A stretch of 40,151 bases of DNA. It comes from a virus. The DNA is taken from the IMG/VR virus record IMGVR_UViG_3300045988_085414. The stretch is one strand, 5' to 3'. Positions 1 to 8,909 of the stretch are shown here, in pieces; position 1 is the stretch's first letter, and the number at the start of each line of letters is the position of its first letter. The notes beneath the pieces were generated by a model. The model was not told the DNA's origin and did no database searches. It saw nothing but the letters and a program-made list of their open reading frames with translations. The position numbers were made by a program, and so were the translations under genes.

Positions 1-119
1 ATATTGGGTATTAAGTGTAGTAATTTTGATAACTACAATTACGCACAAATCTATTGCACAGCGACAAAGCAAGATCAAGCAAGGATTGTATTAAATGAAA
101 TATCAAAATTCATAAATGC
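1..119. repeat. Terminal direct repeat, copy 1; identical to 40033-40151. Likely an assembly overlap of a circular or terminally redundant genome
   Basis: Base-by-base comparison shows all 119 nt identical. The terL reading frame is continuous across the junction. Confidence 0.95.
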
Positions 120-1401
120 AGATGCAGACCTGCTAGAATTGTTTGAAATAAAGGATTATAAAAGCGAGATTACCGCGAAAATAACCAATGCTACTATACG
201 CGCATTGGGGCGTGATACAAAATCAATAGACGGTTTCCGACCGTATTTAGGCATTGTAGACGAGTACCACGCGCACAAAGATAACCAAATGTACAAGCTG
301 TTAAAAGGCGGTACACGAAAGCTAAAACAATCGTTAATATCAGTCATAACAACGGCAGGTTTTAATTTAAACGCCCCATGTTATGAATTATACAAATATT
401 GCCGGAGGGTTTTACGAGGAATTGACGTAAACGACCGGCAATTTATTTATATCGCCCAAATGGACGTAAACGACGACATTTGGAACCCGAAAAATTGGAT
501 CAAATGTTGCCCATTGACAGGAAATGATCCCGAATTGCTTTCACAGATGCAGGAAGATGCAAAGAAAGCTAAATCAATGGGCGGCGAGGAAATGAGGGAT
601 TTTTTGACAAAATCCCTAAATATATGGGTTACAAATGCAGAAACCGCTTTTATAGACCTTGCGGAATGGGAAAAATGCGGCAGCAATAGGACGTTAGAGG
701 ATTTCAGAGGGAAAAAAGCAATATGCGGCTTAGATTTATCAAGCGGCGGCGATTTAACGTCACTTGCGTTAATATTCCCATACGAGGATCCAAATACCGG
801 GGATAAAAAATATTATATTTATTCCCATTCGTTTATACCTCAAAGGCGTATGCAAGAACACATGGACAAAGAGGACAACGCGCCGTACATCATTTGGCAA
901 AAAGAGGGGCTTTTAACGGTAACAACGGCAGCAGGCGGCATAAAAACCGATTACAAAACTATATTAGCGCATTTACACAATATTATTGATAAATACGATA
1001 TAGATTTAACGGCAATCGGTTACGATCCGCATAATGCAAGCGCATTTTTGTTAGATCTTGAAGATTTCGGGTGCGATTTGGTGGAAATCAAACAGAGCGC
1101 ACGCAGCTTAAACGATGCAACAATAGATTTTCAACTAGAAGTAAAGGCGCATAATGTGGAATACGACAAGAAAAACAAGCTATTAACAAGATCTATGAAT
1201 GATGCTATTTTGTCAGAGCCAAACAGTTTTGGCGAAATTAAAATAGATAAAATGCTGCAAAAAGTACGAATTGATCCATGCGATGCAATTATAGACGCGC
1301 ATAAATTGGCTATGGGCGTAGAGGTTGAGGAAATCACGACAGATCAGAGCATAGAGGCGTATTTAAAAATGTTTGAAAAGGCAGGTGTGAAAGAAGATTG
1401 A
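1..1401 (+). CDS. terL: Terminase large subunit, 3' part; continues from 39661-40032 across the circular junction
   Basis: The frame is open from the window start, so the track M at 4 is an internal TTG. It is the same frame as 39661 once 40033 is mapped onto 1. A nuclease-domain-like GLDLSSGGDLTS motif is present. The joined ORF is 1773 nt. Confidence 0.9.
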   Translation: MLGIKCSNFDNYNYAQIYCTATKQDQARIVLNEISKFINADADLLELFEIKDYKSEITAKITNATIRALGRDTKSIDGFRPYLGIVDEYHAHKDNQMYKLLKGGTRKLKQSLISVITTAGFNLNAPCYELYKYCRRVLRGIDVNDRQFIYIAQMDVNDDIWNPKNWIKCCPLTGNDPELLSQMQEDAKKAKSMGGEEMRDFLTKSLNIWVTNAETAFIDLAEWEKCGSNRTLEDFRGKKAICGLDLSSGGDLTSLALIFPYEDPNTGDKKYYIYSHSFIPQRRMQEHMDKEDNAPYIIWQKEGLLTVTTAAGGIKTDYKTILAHLHNIIDKYDIDLTAIGYDPHNASAFLLDLEDFGCDLVEIKQSARSLNDATIDFQLEVKAHNVEYDKKNKLLTRSMNDAILSEPNSFGEIKIDKMLQKVRIDPCDAIIDAHKLAMGVEVEEITTDQSIEAYLKMFEKAGVKED

Positions 1402-2666
1402 AACTATTTGAAAAAATAAAAAATATGATTTACAGAGCAGCAAGACCGGCAGCAGGCGCAGACGATGAAAAGCTATTAGAATGGTTAGGAATTTCGAGAA
1501 CGCCTAAAAAGGTTTTAAGCGAAGTAACTTATTTTACCTGCCTTAAAATGTTATCCGAAACGTTGGCGAAAATGCCTATAAAATTCTATCAGCAAACAGA
1601 TAGAGGCGTAGAGGAGGCAGAAACAAACAAAGCGTATGAGTTATTAAAAACAAGACCAAACCCGCAAATGACACCTTCGACGTTTTGGGCGACGGTTGAA
1701 AATAATAGAAATCATTACGGTAATGCCTATGTGTGGATCCGGCGCGAATTTAACCGCATGATGTACGGCGGCGAAATAGAAATAAAGGATTTGTGGATCA
1801 TGCCTTCGGCAGATACAACAATAGTGATTGACGACAAGGGCGTATTTGGCGATAGCGGCGATATTTACTATTGGTACACAGATAAATACAGCGGCGAAAG
1901 TTATATTTTCCCTTCGGGCGATGTACTGCATTTTAAAACATCAATGACATTTGACGGATATAGTGGCGCACCGGTAAGAGAAATATTAAAAGCGACCATA
2001 GAAGGCGGGCTTGAAAGTCAAAACTTTTTGAACAACCTTTATAAAGGCGGTTTAACAGCGCGCGCAGTATTACAGTACACCGGCGATATGTCGCCAAAGT
2101 TGGAAAAAGCGTTAATCGCAAGATTGGAAGAATACGCAAACGGCGCAAATAACGCGGGTAAATTTATCCCGATACCGATCGGAATGAAAATAGAGCCGCT
2201 AAACATCAAATTAACGGATAGTCAATTTTTTGAGTTAAAGAAGTATAGCGCGCTACAAATTGCGGGCGCATTTGGCATAAAACCAAATCAAATAAATGAC
2301 TATGAAAAAAGCAGTTACGCTAATAGTGAAATGCAAAACATTTCTTTTTATATTGATACAGAATTATTTATTTTAAAGCAGTATGAGGAGGAATTAGATT
2401 ACAAACTATTAGAGCCGAGCGATAGACGGCAAGGAAAGTATTACAAGTTTAACGAGAATGTTATTTTGCGTACCGATGCAAAGAGCCAAGCAACAATTTT
2501 AACCGGATATGTGCAGAACGGCATATATACACCAAACGAGGCAAGATCATATATGAATAAGCCACGAAAAGAAGGCGGCGATGAATTGATTTGTAACGGT
2601 AATTATATAAAGGTTGCGCAAATTGGCATAGAAGAAAAAAAGGAAGGAGGAGGCGACAATGGCTAA
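1398..2666 (+). CDS. Portal protein, HK97 family
   Basis: 422 aa, directly after terL with a TTGA start/stop overlap and directly before the prohead protease. Length and position are typical of HK97-type portals. Confidence 0.85.
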   Translation: MKLFEKIKNMIYRAARPAAGADDEKLLEWLGISRTPKKVLSEVTYFTCLKMLSETLAKMPIKFYQQTDRGVEEAETNKAYELLKTRPNPQMTPSTFWATVENNRNHYGNAYVWIRREFNRMMYGGEIEIKDLWIMPSADTTIVIDDKGVFGDSGDIYYWYTDKYSGESYIFPSGDVLHFKTSMTFDGYSGAPVREILKATIEGGLESQNFLNNLYKGGLTARAVLQYTGDMSPKLEKALIARLEEYANGANNAGKFIPIPIGMKIEPLNIKLTDSQFFELKKYSALQIAGAFGIKPNQINDYEKSSYANSEMQNISFYIDTELFILKQYEEELDYKLLEPSDRRQGKYYKFNENVILRTDAKSQATILTGYVQNGIYTPNEARSYMNKPRKEGGDELICNGNYIKVAQIGIEEKKEGGGDNG

Positions 2667-3492
2667 AATCTTAGAGTTACAAAAAAAGGATAAGTACAAC
2701 AAGGAAAGAACAGTAGGCAGCATTGAGATTAAAAACCAAACAGAAACAACCGCGGATCTTTGCTTTTTTGGAGATATTAACAGCGAGAGTTTAGGGGAAT
2801 GGCAAAAGTATTACCCGGAAGATAAAGCACCAAAAGACGTACAGGACTTTTTAGATCAGCTTGAAGGTGTATCTAAAATAAATGTGCATATTAACAGCGG
2901 GGGCGGTTCGGTATTTGGTGGTATTGCTATTTATAATATTCTAAAGCGGTACGATGCAGAAATAACCGTATATGTCGAGGGTTTGGCGGCGAGCATAGCA
3001 AGCGTTATAGCAATGGCAGGCGATAAAATTATCATACCGGAAAATGCGCAAATGATGATCCATAAACCAAGTAGCGTTACATGGGGAAATGCAGACGATA
3101 TGAGAAAAGAGGCTGATATTTTGGACGGTTGCCAAAAGGTTATATTAAATACCTATATGCAACACACCAAAGAGGGCGTAACAGCGGAAGAAATAGACAG
3201 TTTAATAAATGCCGAAACATGGAAAAACGGCAAAGAATGGCAGGAATTTTTCGATATAGAAGTATCAGAAAAAAGCCAAGCAACAGCCTGCAAAAGTGAA
3301 TATTTTGATAAATATAACCATTTGCCGGACAAGCTAAAGGAACAGCCACAACAGCAGATCAATATTGATGATTTAGCGGAGAGGGTAGCAGAAAAATTAA
3401 AAGATGCAACACAACCGGAAACACCAAAGGTACCGGAAAACGACGTAAAACAAAAAACAGCCGAGATTTTAGAGGACTTAGAGTTAATCTAA
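2659..3492 (+). CDS. ClpP-like prohead (head maturation) serine protease
   Basis: Contains the Clp-protease-like core INSGGGSVFGGIAIYNILKRY...GLAASIASVIAMAGD...MIHKP. Lies between portal and capsid. Confidence 0.85.
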   Translation: MAKILELQKKDKYNKERTVGSIEIKNQTETTADLCFFGDINSESLGEWQKYYPEDKAPKDVQDFLDQLEGVSKINVHINSGGGSVFGGIAIYNILKRYDAEITVYVEGLAASIASVIAMAGDKIIIPENAQMMIHKPSSVTWGNADDMRKEADILDGCQKVILNTYMQHTKEGVTAEEIDSLINAETWKNGKEWQEFFDIEVSEKSQATACKSEYFDKYNHLPDKLKEQPQQQINIDDLAERVAEKLKDATQPETPKVPENDVKQKTAEILEDLELI

Positions 3493-3531
3493 GTTCTATT
3501 TTTTACAAAAAAACAAGGAGGATACTCACAC

Positions 3532-4905
3532 ATGAACGAAGAATTAAAGAAAATGCTTGATAGCATCAACGCAAAAAAGCAGGAAGTAAAGGATCTTTGC
3601 AAGGCGGGAAAAATTGAAGATGCGGCAACCGCAAAGGAAGAATTAAAGAAACTGCAGGCGCAGTTCGATCTTGTCTATGATCTTGACGTGACAAAAACAG
3701 AAGGAATGGGAGAAAAGGCGGCAGCAGGCGCAGCTAAGACAATCGCGGACAAGGCGAAGAATATCGCAGGCGCATTTGTAAACGCAATTAAGGCAGCCGT
3801 AGGAAAGGGCGAATTATCAACAGAAGATAAAGAGATCCTTAATTCCATGAACGAAGGAAAGGACGAGGACGGCGGTTTAACAGTACCAAAGGATATTAAA
3901 ACCGCTATTAAGGAATTGAGAAGATCAGAGGACGCATTAGAAACGCTTGTAAATGTGGAACCGGTAAAGACATTAAGCGGCAGCAGGGTAATTGAACGTT
4001 ACGCAGATCAGACACCGTTTGATAACATCGACGAGGCGGCAGAGTTTCCGGACGTTTCAACACCACAGTTTGAAAAAGTAGATTACAAGGTAAAAAAGAA
4101 GGGCGGCATCTTAAAGATCACGCAGGAACTTTTAGACGACACAGCCGAAAATATTATTTCGTATCTGAAAAAGTGGATCGCAAAGAAGGCGAAGGCAACA
4201 CGAAATTTCTTGATTGTTGCCAAAATAAGAGAAATTACAGCAGATGCGGAGGTAGCGGTAGACAGCTTAGACGATCTTAAAAAGATTTTCAATATTTTAC
4301 TTGATCCGGCAATCGCATTAACCGCGGGAGTTGTGACAAATCAGGACGGTTATAATTGGCTTGACAGCTTAAAGGATAAGGACGGCAAATATATTTTACA
4401 GCCGGATCCAACAAAGCCAACAAGCACGCTGTTATTTGGTAAATATCCAATTAAAAAGGTAAGCAATAGAACAATGACAAGCAAAACAACCGACGGAGGT
4501 TACAAAGTGCCGATTGTATGCGGCGACTTAAAAGAGGCGATTACAATTTTCGATCGCGAAACATTGACAATCGACATTTCAAGTAGCGCGGGCAAATTGT
4601 GGGAAACAGATCAGACCGGCATCAAGGTACGCGAGCGTTTGGATATTAAAGCAATCGACGAGGAGGCGATCGTCATGGCAGAGCATACAATTAAGACAAC
4701 AACAGACGTACAGCAGACCGCCGAACAGTCAGCAGCCGAAGAAACAAAAACTTACACGCAGGCAGAAATTGAAAAAATGTCACGCGAAAATATCATTGCA
4801 TTAGGTACCAAATTAGGGTACACAATGACAACAACCGCAAGCGATGAAAAAAGCGCGGTAGTAGCTGATTTTATGGCGCAGCAGACAGCGGCACAGAATA
4901 AATAA
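3532..4905 (+). CDS. Major capsid protein, HK97 fold, with N-terminal coiled-coil delta-like region and C-terminal extension
   Basis: 457 aa, strong RBS (aaggagga), positioned after the protease and followed by a hairpin. The N-terminus is rich in K/E coiled coil. Confidence 0.85.
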   Translation: MNEELKKMLDSINAKKQEVKDLCKAGKIEDAATAKEELKKLQAQFDLVYDLDVTKTEGMGEKAAAGAAKTIADKAKNIAGAFVNAIKAAVGKGELSTEDKEILNSMNEGKDEDGGLTVPKDIKTAIKELRRSEDALETLVNVEPVKTLSGSRVIERYADQTPFDNIDEAAEFPDVSTPQFEKVDYKVKKKGGILKITQELLDDTAENIISYLKKWIAKKAKATRNFLIVAKIREITADAEVAVDSLDDLKKIFNILLDPAIALTAGVVTNQDGYNWLDSLKDKDGKYILQPDPTKPTSTLLFGKYPIKKVSNRTMTSKTTDGGYKVPIVCGDLKEAITIFDRETLTIDISSSAGKLWETDQTGIKVRERLDIKAIDEEAIVMAEHTIKTTTDVQQTAEQSAAEETKTYTQAEIEKMSRENIIALGTKLGYTMTTTASDEKSAVVADFMAQQTAAQNK

Positions 4906-4916
4906 CAGCAATAAGG

Positions 4917-4940
4917 GCGGCGGGAAACCGCCGCTTTAAA
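4917..4940 (+). terminator. Hairpin after the capsid gene (gcggcgg-gaaa-ccgccgc, then ttt)
   Basis: 7-bp GC stem with a GAAA loop and only a short T run. Attenuators of this kind are common after major capsid genes. Confidence 0.45.
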
Positions 4941-4953
4941 GGCAGGTGTAACT

Positions 4954-5241
4954 ATGATTGATTTACAAGAGGTAAAAGAGTATTTGCGCGTTGACATTGA
5001 GGAGGACGATCGGTTATTGCAAATGCTTATTACGGCAGCAGTAGAGTATTTGAAAAATGCAACCGGCAAAGAATACCCGGAAAAAGACGAAAAAGGCAAC
5101 GCAATAACTTATGAACTTGAAAAGGTGTATTTAAAATTACTAATTGCCTATTGGTATGAAAACAGAACACCCGCCGGTAAAGTTGGCGAAGAATTTAGCC
5201 AAATGACAAAATCGTTAATGCTGCAATTACAAAATAAGTAG
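4954..5241 (+). CDS. Head-tail connector protein (gp6-like)
   Basis: 95 aa. N-terminal pattern LQEVKEYLRVDIEEDDRLLQMLITAA is typical of gp6-like connectors. Position after the capsid gene fits. Confidence 0.7.
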   Translation: MIDLQEVKEYLRVDIEEDDRLLQMLITAAVEYLKNATGKEYPEKDEKGNAITYELEKVYLKLLIAYWYENRTPAGKVGEEFSQMTKSLMLQLQNK

Positions 5242-5249
5242 GTGGCATT

Positions 5250-5615
5250 ATGGATATAGGACGAACAAATAAAAGGATTACGTTTTGCAGATACGCCGAG
5301 AAACAAAATGAGTTACTACAAACAGAAACGGTTTTAGAAGAAATAAAAACGGTTTGGGCGAGTGTTGAGCCAACAAGGGGCAGAGAGTACCAAGAGGCGC
5401 AGAGAATACGACCGGAATTAACGTATAAAATAACAACGCGGTACCATAAAGAGGTAACGCCGGATATGTTTATTAAATTCAAAGACCGATATTTTCAGAT
5501 TGTTTCTATAATCAACGTCAGAGAACGTAACGAAATGTTAGAAATTGTATGCACCGAAAAATTAACTGAAAATCCGGCGATAGAAAAAATAACATTAAAT
5601 GCGAATGACAAATGA
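5250..5615 (+). CDS. Head closure / head-tail adaptor protein (SPP1 gp16-like)
   Basis: 121 aa, syntenic position. The WASVEP...REY...A...ITTRY pattern resembles head-tail adaptors. Confidence 0.6.
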   Translation: MDIGRTNKRITFCRYAEKQNELLQTETVLEEIKTVWASVEPTRGREYQEAQRIRPELTYKITTRYHKEVTPDMFIKFKDRYFQIVSIINVRERNEMLEIVCTEKLTENPAIEKITLNANDK

Positions 5616-5633
5616 CAAAGAAGGAGGTATAAT
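5605..5633 (+). promoter_or_regulatory. Candidate sigma-A promoter for the moron (ATGACA-17 nt-TATAAT)
   Basis: -35 atgaca at 5605-5610, a 17-nt spacer, and -10 tataat at 5628-5633, about 30 nt upstream of ATG 5663. Confidence 0.4.
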
Positions 5634-5662
5634 ACAGAAAAACAATAGAGGAGGCGCAGTCT

Positions 5663-6295
5663 ATGGCAGAAAACAACAAATCGAACAAAAGTTCTGGGGG
5701 GGGGGTAAACCCTTCTAAGAAAATATGGAAAAAGTGGTGGTTTTGGCTAATTGTAATTGTTTTTATCGGGTTACTGATACCGAAAGACAATTCAGACGAG
5801 CAAAAGGAACCGGAAACAAAAGTAGAAACAACCACACCGGAGTTAAAGACAACAACAGAAACAGCACAACCGGAAATAACGGAAACAGAAACAACAAAAC
5901 CGGAAACGGTAGAGCAGGAGCCGACAGAAAAGGCAGAGGAACCGGCAGCAGGAAAAAACATTGATGATATAGGCGCGTATTTTAGCGTTTCAGATGTGCG
6001 AAACGATGTTACCGGGAATTGGAGAATTTCAACGATTGCGGAAGATATAGATATTCAAGAATATGCGTTAAGCTATTATAAAGAATATTTCAAAGACGAT
6101 AAAGAAATTCATGCAATCGTAAACTTTAACTACAAAACAACAACAAAAATATCTGTCATAGGCAACACACTAGACGTAAGCATATACGATTATGTGGACG
6201 GAGAGGAACACGATGCAAAATTGTTATTTAGCGGAACATTACTAAAAGAGTATTCTGTTAATATGGATAATGGCAGCATCGAGGAAATACAATAA
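5663..6295 (+). CDS. Moron-encoded single-pass membrane protein with a T/E/P-rich linker and a C-terminal globular domain
   Basis: 210 aa. It has a basic N-terminus, one TM helix (WWFWLIVIVFIGLLI), a TTPE/TETE-rich low-complexity stretch and then about 110 aa of ordinary sequence. It interrupts the head-tail module and is flanked by its own promoter-like site and a strong terminator. Confidence 0.75.
   Translation: MAENNKSNKSSGGGVNPSKKIWKKWWFWLIVIVFIGLLIPKDNSDEQKEPETKVETTTPELKTTTETAQPEITETETTKPETVEQEPTEKAEEPAAGKNIDDIGAYFSVSDVRNDVTGNWRISTIAEDIDIQEYALSYYKEYFKDDKEIHAIVNFNYKTTTKISVIGNTLDVSIYDYVDGEEHDAKLLFSGTLLKEYSVNMDNGSIEEIQ
5696..5705 (+). repeat. Homopolymeric G10 tract inside codons 12-15 of the moron gene
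   Basis: Read directly as tct gggggggggg taaac. Both +1 and -1 length changes meet stop codons within a few codons (TAA at 5706-5708 and TAA at 5716-5718). Confidence 0.95.
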
Positions 6296-6302
6296 CAAGA
6301 AG

Positions 6303-6334
6303 GCTATCGCAGCAATGCGGTAGCTTTTTATTTT
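6303..6334 (+). terminator. Rho-independent terminator of the moron
   Basis: 8-bp stem gctatcgc/gcggtagc (one G-U pair), a 6-nt loop, then tttttatttt. Confidence 0.8.
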
Positions 6335-6346
6335 GGAGGCGATGCT

Positions 6347-6790
6347 ATGGCGGCGGGGCTTGATTTTGAGATCGAGGGTTTAGAGGAATTGGAAAGAGAT
6401 TTAACGAAAGCAATTCAGACGGCACCGGAGAAAGCAAAAGAAACACTAAAAGGAATTGGAAAAGATTTTAAAAACGCTGCAAAAAAGCGCGCCAATTCAG
6501 AATTAAAGCCGCATGAGAGAACCGGCAGCGAAAAAAACAAAGCGATTAAAAGAAAATGGGGAACAAAAGTTATAGAGGAAAATGTAGGCGCAACGGCTTT
6601 AGTGTGGAATAGCGCAAGGCATTTTCATTTAATAGAAAACGGTCATAACCTTGTAAGGGGCGGCAGGATCGTTGGTTTTGTTCCCGGTAAACATATCATG
6701 GAAAAAACAAGAAACGAGTACGAGAACATAGTACCGCAACGGTTTGAAGAAATGATAGACGAAATTTTAAAGGAGGGCGATTTGAATTAA
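6347..6790 (+). CDS. HK97 gp10-family head-tail joining protein
   Basis: 147 aa. The ARHFHLIENGH motif and the position upstream of the sheath gene match the HK97 gp10 family. Confidence 0.7.
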   Translation: MAAGLDFEIEGLEELERDLTKAIQTAPEKAKETLKGIGKDFKNAAKKRANSELKPHERTGSEKNKAIKRKWGTKVIEENVGATALVWNSARHFHLIENGHNLVRGGRIVGFVPGKHIMEKTRNEYENIVPQRFEEMIDEILKEGDLN

Positions 6791-7226
6791 AAACGTAGAT
6801 ATAAAAAAAGCAATAAACGAACTTTTAAGCAAAAAATATGCGCCGCCCAATTACAGAATTTACGGAAAAGAAATAAAAGAGGGGTACGCCGCCCCTTGTT
6901 TCTTTACGGAAATTTTAGATCGAGGCAGCAGCGCAGAAACAAAAAATTTTGCAAAAGGCGGTTTTACAGTTAAAATAACATATTTCCAAAAGGAAAAGAA
7001 CGAATTAGATCAGCTCGAAAAGGTAGACGAAATAAAAGACCTTTTCGGGCTGATTTTTTTTGTTGAAAATCGAAAATTGACAGTTGGAGAATTTACGCAT
7101 GATTACATCGGCGAGTATCAAGATATTTTACAAGTAAATATCCAAATTGATTACAAGGAAAACACGCAGAGAGAAGAAACCGCGCCGATAGCGGAAGGAT
7201 TAGGCGTAAAAGTAACACAAGGTTAA
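6786..7226 (+). CDS. Tail completion/terminator-like protein (XkdJ position), probably with a non-canonical ATT start
   Basis: My own translation finds 146 sense codons open from 6786 to TAA 7224-7226. There is no ATG/GTG/TTG near the 5' end, which is why it is absent from the ORF track. AGGAGG at 6771-6776 lies 9 nt upstream of ATT 6786. It fills the otherwise empty gap between gp10-like and sheath genes. Confidence 0.6.
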   Translation: MKNVDIKKAINELLSKKYAPPNYRIYGKEIKEGYAAPCFFTEILDRGSSAETKNFAKGGFTVKITYFQKEKNELDQLEKVDEIKDLFGLIFFVENRKLTVGEFTHDYIGEYQDILQVNIQIDYKENTQREETAPIAEGLGVKVTQG

Positions 7227-7237
7227 GGAGGTTTAAA

Positions 7238-8395
7238 ATGGGCGCACCAAGTATAACAATTAGCTTTATAGAAAAAGCAATGACAGCAGTAACAAGAGGC
7301 GAGCGCGGGATCGTGATGTTATGGGTAAAAGACACATTAGCAGCACCGGCGGTAAATCCGGTTACGGTTGTAACAGAGAAAGACATACCGGACAGCTTAA
7401 AAGATGCAACGGTAGAACAGATCAAACTTGCAATGATTGGCTACACAAACGCCCCGAAGAAGGTAATTGTGTATTGCATGGGAATTGCAGACGACGCAGA
7501 AAAAGCGGCGATCGACGCGGGCTATAAAAAGGCTATGGAAGCATCGGAAACAATCAAATTTAATTATTTGGCTATTCCGACAGTTGAAACCGATCAGAAG
7601 GCACAGGATGTTGCAACATGGGTTAAAACCATGCGCGACGTTAAGAAAAAGAAGATCAAAGCGGTATTACCAAATACGGCGGCAGATAACGAAGGTATTA
7701 TCAACTACACAACAGAAACGGCAGTAAAAACGGAAACCGTAACCGCGAAGAATGGAACAAAAACAACAGTTGATACGAAATACACAGCAGAACAGTATTG
7801 CGCGAGAATTGCCGGGCTAATCGCAGGTACACCTATGACGATCGCCTGCACATATGCGCCGCTTTCTGAATTATCGGATTGTACGCGGCTTACTGATATT
7901 AATACACCGGTAGACAAAGGGGAATTTATTATTTTCTATGACGGCGAGAAGGTAAAAGCTGTAAGAGGCGTTAATAGTTTCGTAACAACAATAGACGGCA
8001 AAGGCGACAGTTTCAAGAAAATTAAGATCGTCGAGGCTATGGATATGATAAACGACGATATTACCAAAACGGCACAGGATAGTTATTTAGGAAAATACGC
8101 AAATTCATATTCTAATAAATGCCTGCTGTTATCGGCGATTAGTAGTTATTTTGCACAGTTGCAGCGTGACGGTATTGTAAGTAGTTATTCGGTTAGATTA
8201 GATGCGGACGCAATCAGAGAATATTTAAAAGGAAAAGGGCTGCAGGCAACGCTTGACGACGGAACCGTAAAGGACGTTGACGAATGTAGCGACGAGGAAA
8301 TTATAACAGCAGACACCGCCGCATTTGTATTTTTAACCGGAAATGTAAAAGTATTAGATGCGATCGAAGATATTAAAATGCCTATTTACATCTAA
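7238..8395 (+). CDS. Contractile tail sheath protein (XkdK-like)
   Basis: 385 aa, strong RBS (aaggagg), directly upstream of the tube gene. Size and synteny match PBSX-type sheaths. Confidence 0.8.
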   Translation: MGAPSITISFIEKAMTAVTRGERGIVMLWVKDTLAAPAVNPVTVVTEKDIPDSLKDATVEQIKLAMIGYTNAPKKVIVYCMGIADDAEKAAIDAGYKKAMEASETIKFNYLAIPTVETDQKAQDVATWVKTMRDVKKKKIKAVLPNTAADNEGIINYTTETAVKTETVTAKNGTKTTVDTKYTAEQYCARIAGLIAGTPMTIACTYAPLSELSDCTRLTDINTPVDKGEFIIFYDGEKVKAVRGVNSFVTTIDGKGDSFKKIKIVEAMDMINDDITKTAQDSYLGKYANSYSNKCLLLSAISSYFAQLQRDGIVSSYSVRLDADAIREYLKGKGLQATLDDGTVKDVDECSDEEIITADTAAFVFLTGNVKVLDAIEDIKMPIYI

Positions 8396-8419
8396 GGCAG
8401 AAAGGAAAGGTAAAAGAAC

Positions 8420-8848
8420 ATGAAAGGTTTTAGACCGGAGCAGGTTATAAATGGAACATGGGGCGAGGTATGGTTTGACGGCGAATATTTAGCACAGGTC
8501 ACAGCCTGCAAAGCAGAGGTAACATTAAAGAAAACGGCGATTTCACAGTGTCAGAATTTGGTAGACGGTCAGAAAGTAACAGGATTAGAACCGAAGGGCG
8601 AATTAAAGTTACACAAAATCAACAGCTTTGTAATGAACAAAGTTAATAAAATTGTAAAGGCAGGAAAGACACCGACACACACAATTATTTCCAATGTGAA
8701 CGATCCGGACGCGATCGGCGCGGAGCGTGTAGCATATTACGGTTGCGTGATTGATAAGATGATCTTATCAGATTGGGAGGCAGGAAAGACCGGGGAGGAA
8801 AGTTACGGTTTTACGTTCCAAGATTGGGAACCGATGCAGACAATTTAA
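8420..8848 (+). CDS. Tail tube protein (XkdM-like)
   Basis: 142 aa. The GTWGEVWFDGEYLA...KAEV pattern and the position after the sheath fit. Confidence 0.8.
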   Translation: MKGFRPEQVINGTWGEVWFDGEYLAQVTACKAEVTLKKTAISQCQNLVDGQKVTGLEPKGELKLHKINSFVMNKVNKIVKAGKTPTHTIISNVNDPDAIGAERVAYYGCVIDKMILSDWEAGKTGEESYGFTFQDWEPMQTI

Positions 8849-8865
8849 TTAAAACAACAATTAGG

Positions 8866-8888
8866 GGGCGCATAATGCGCCCTATTTT
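8866..8888 (+). terminator. Hairpin after the tube gene (gggcgca-taa-tgcgccc, then tatttt)
   Basis: 7-bp GC-rich stem followed by a T-rich tail. Confidence 0.5.
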
Positions 8889-8909
8889 CATGTAAAGGAG
8901 AAAATAACC

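Noticed and set aside
5725-5964. Alternative-frame ORF 5725-5964 inside the moron as a frameshift product of the G10 tract
   Set aside because: Both +1 and -1 tract changes hit stop codons at 5706-5718, before this ORF could be entered. Its Arg/Asn/Gly-rich translation mirrors the repetitive ACAACA/GAAACA DNA.
7321-7727. Overlapping plus-strand ORFs 7321-7527 and 7467-7727 inside the sheath gene
   Set aside because: They are out-of-frame ORFs within a gene supported by synteny. The translations are highly basic and low-complexity, and there is no RBS.
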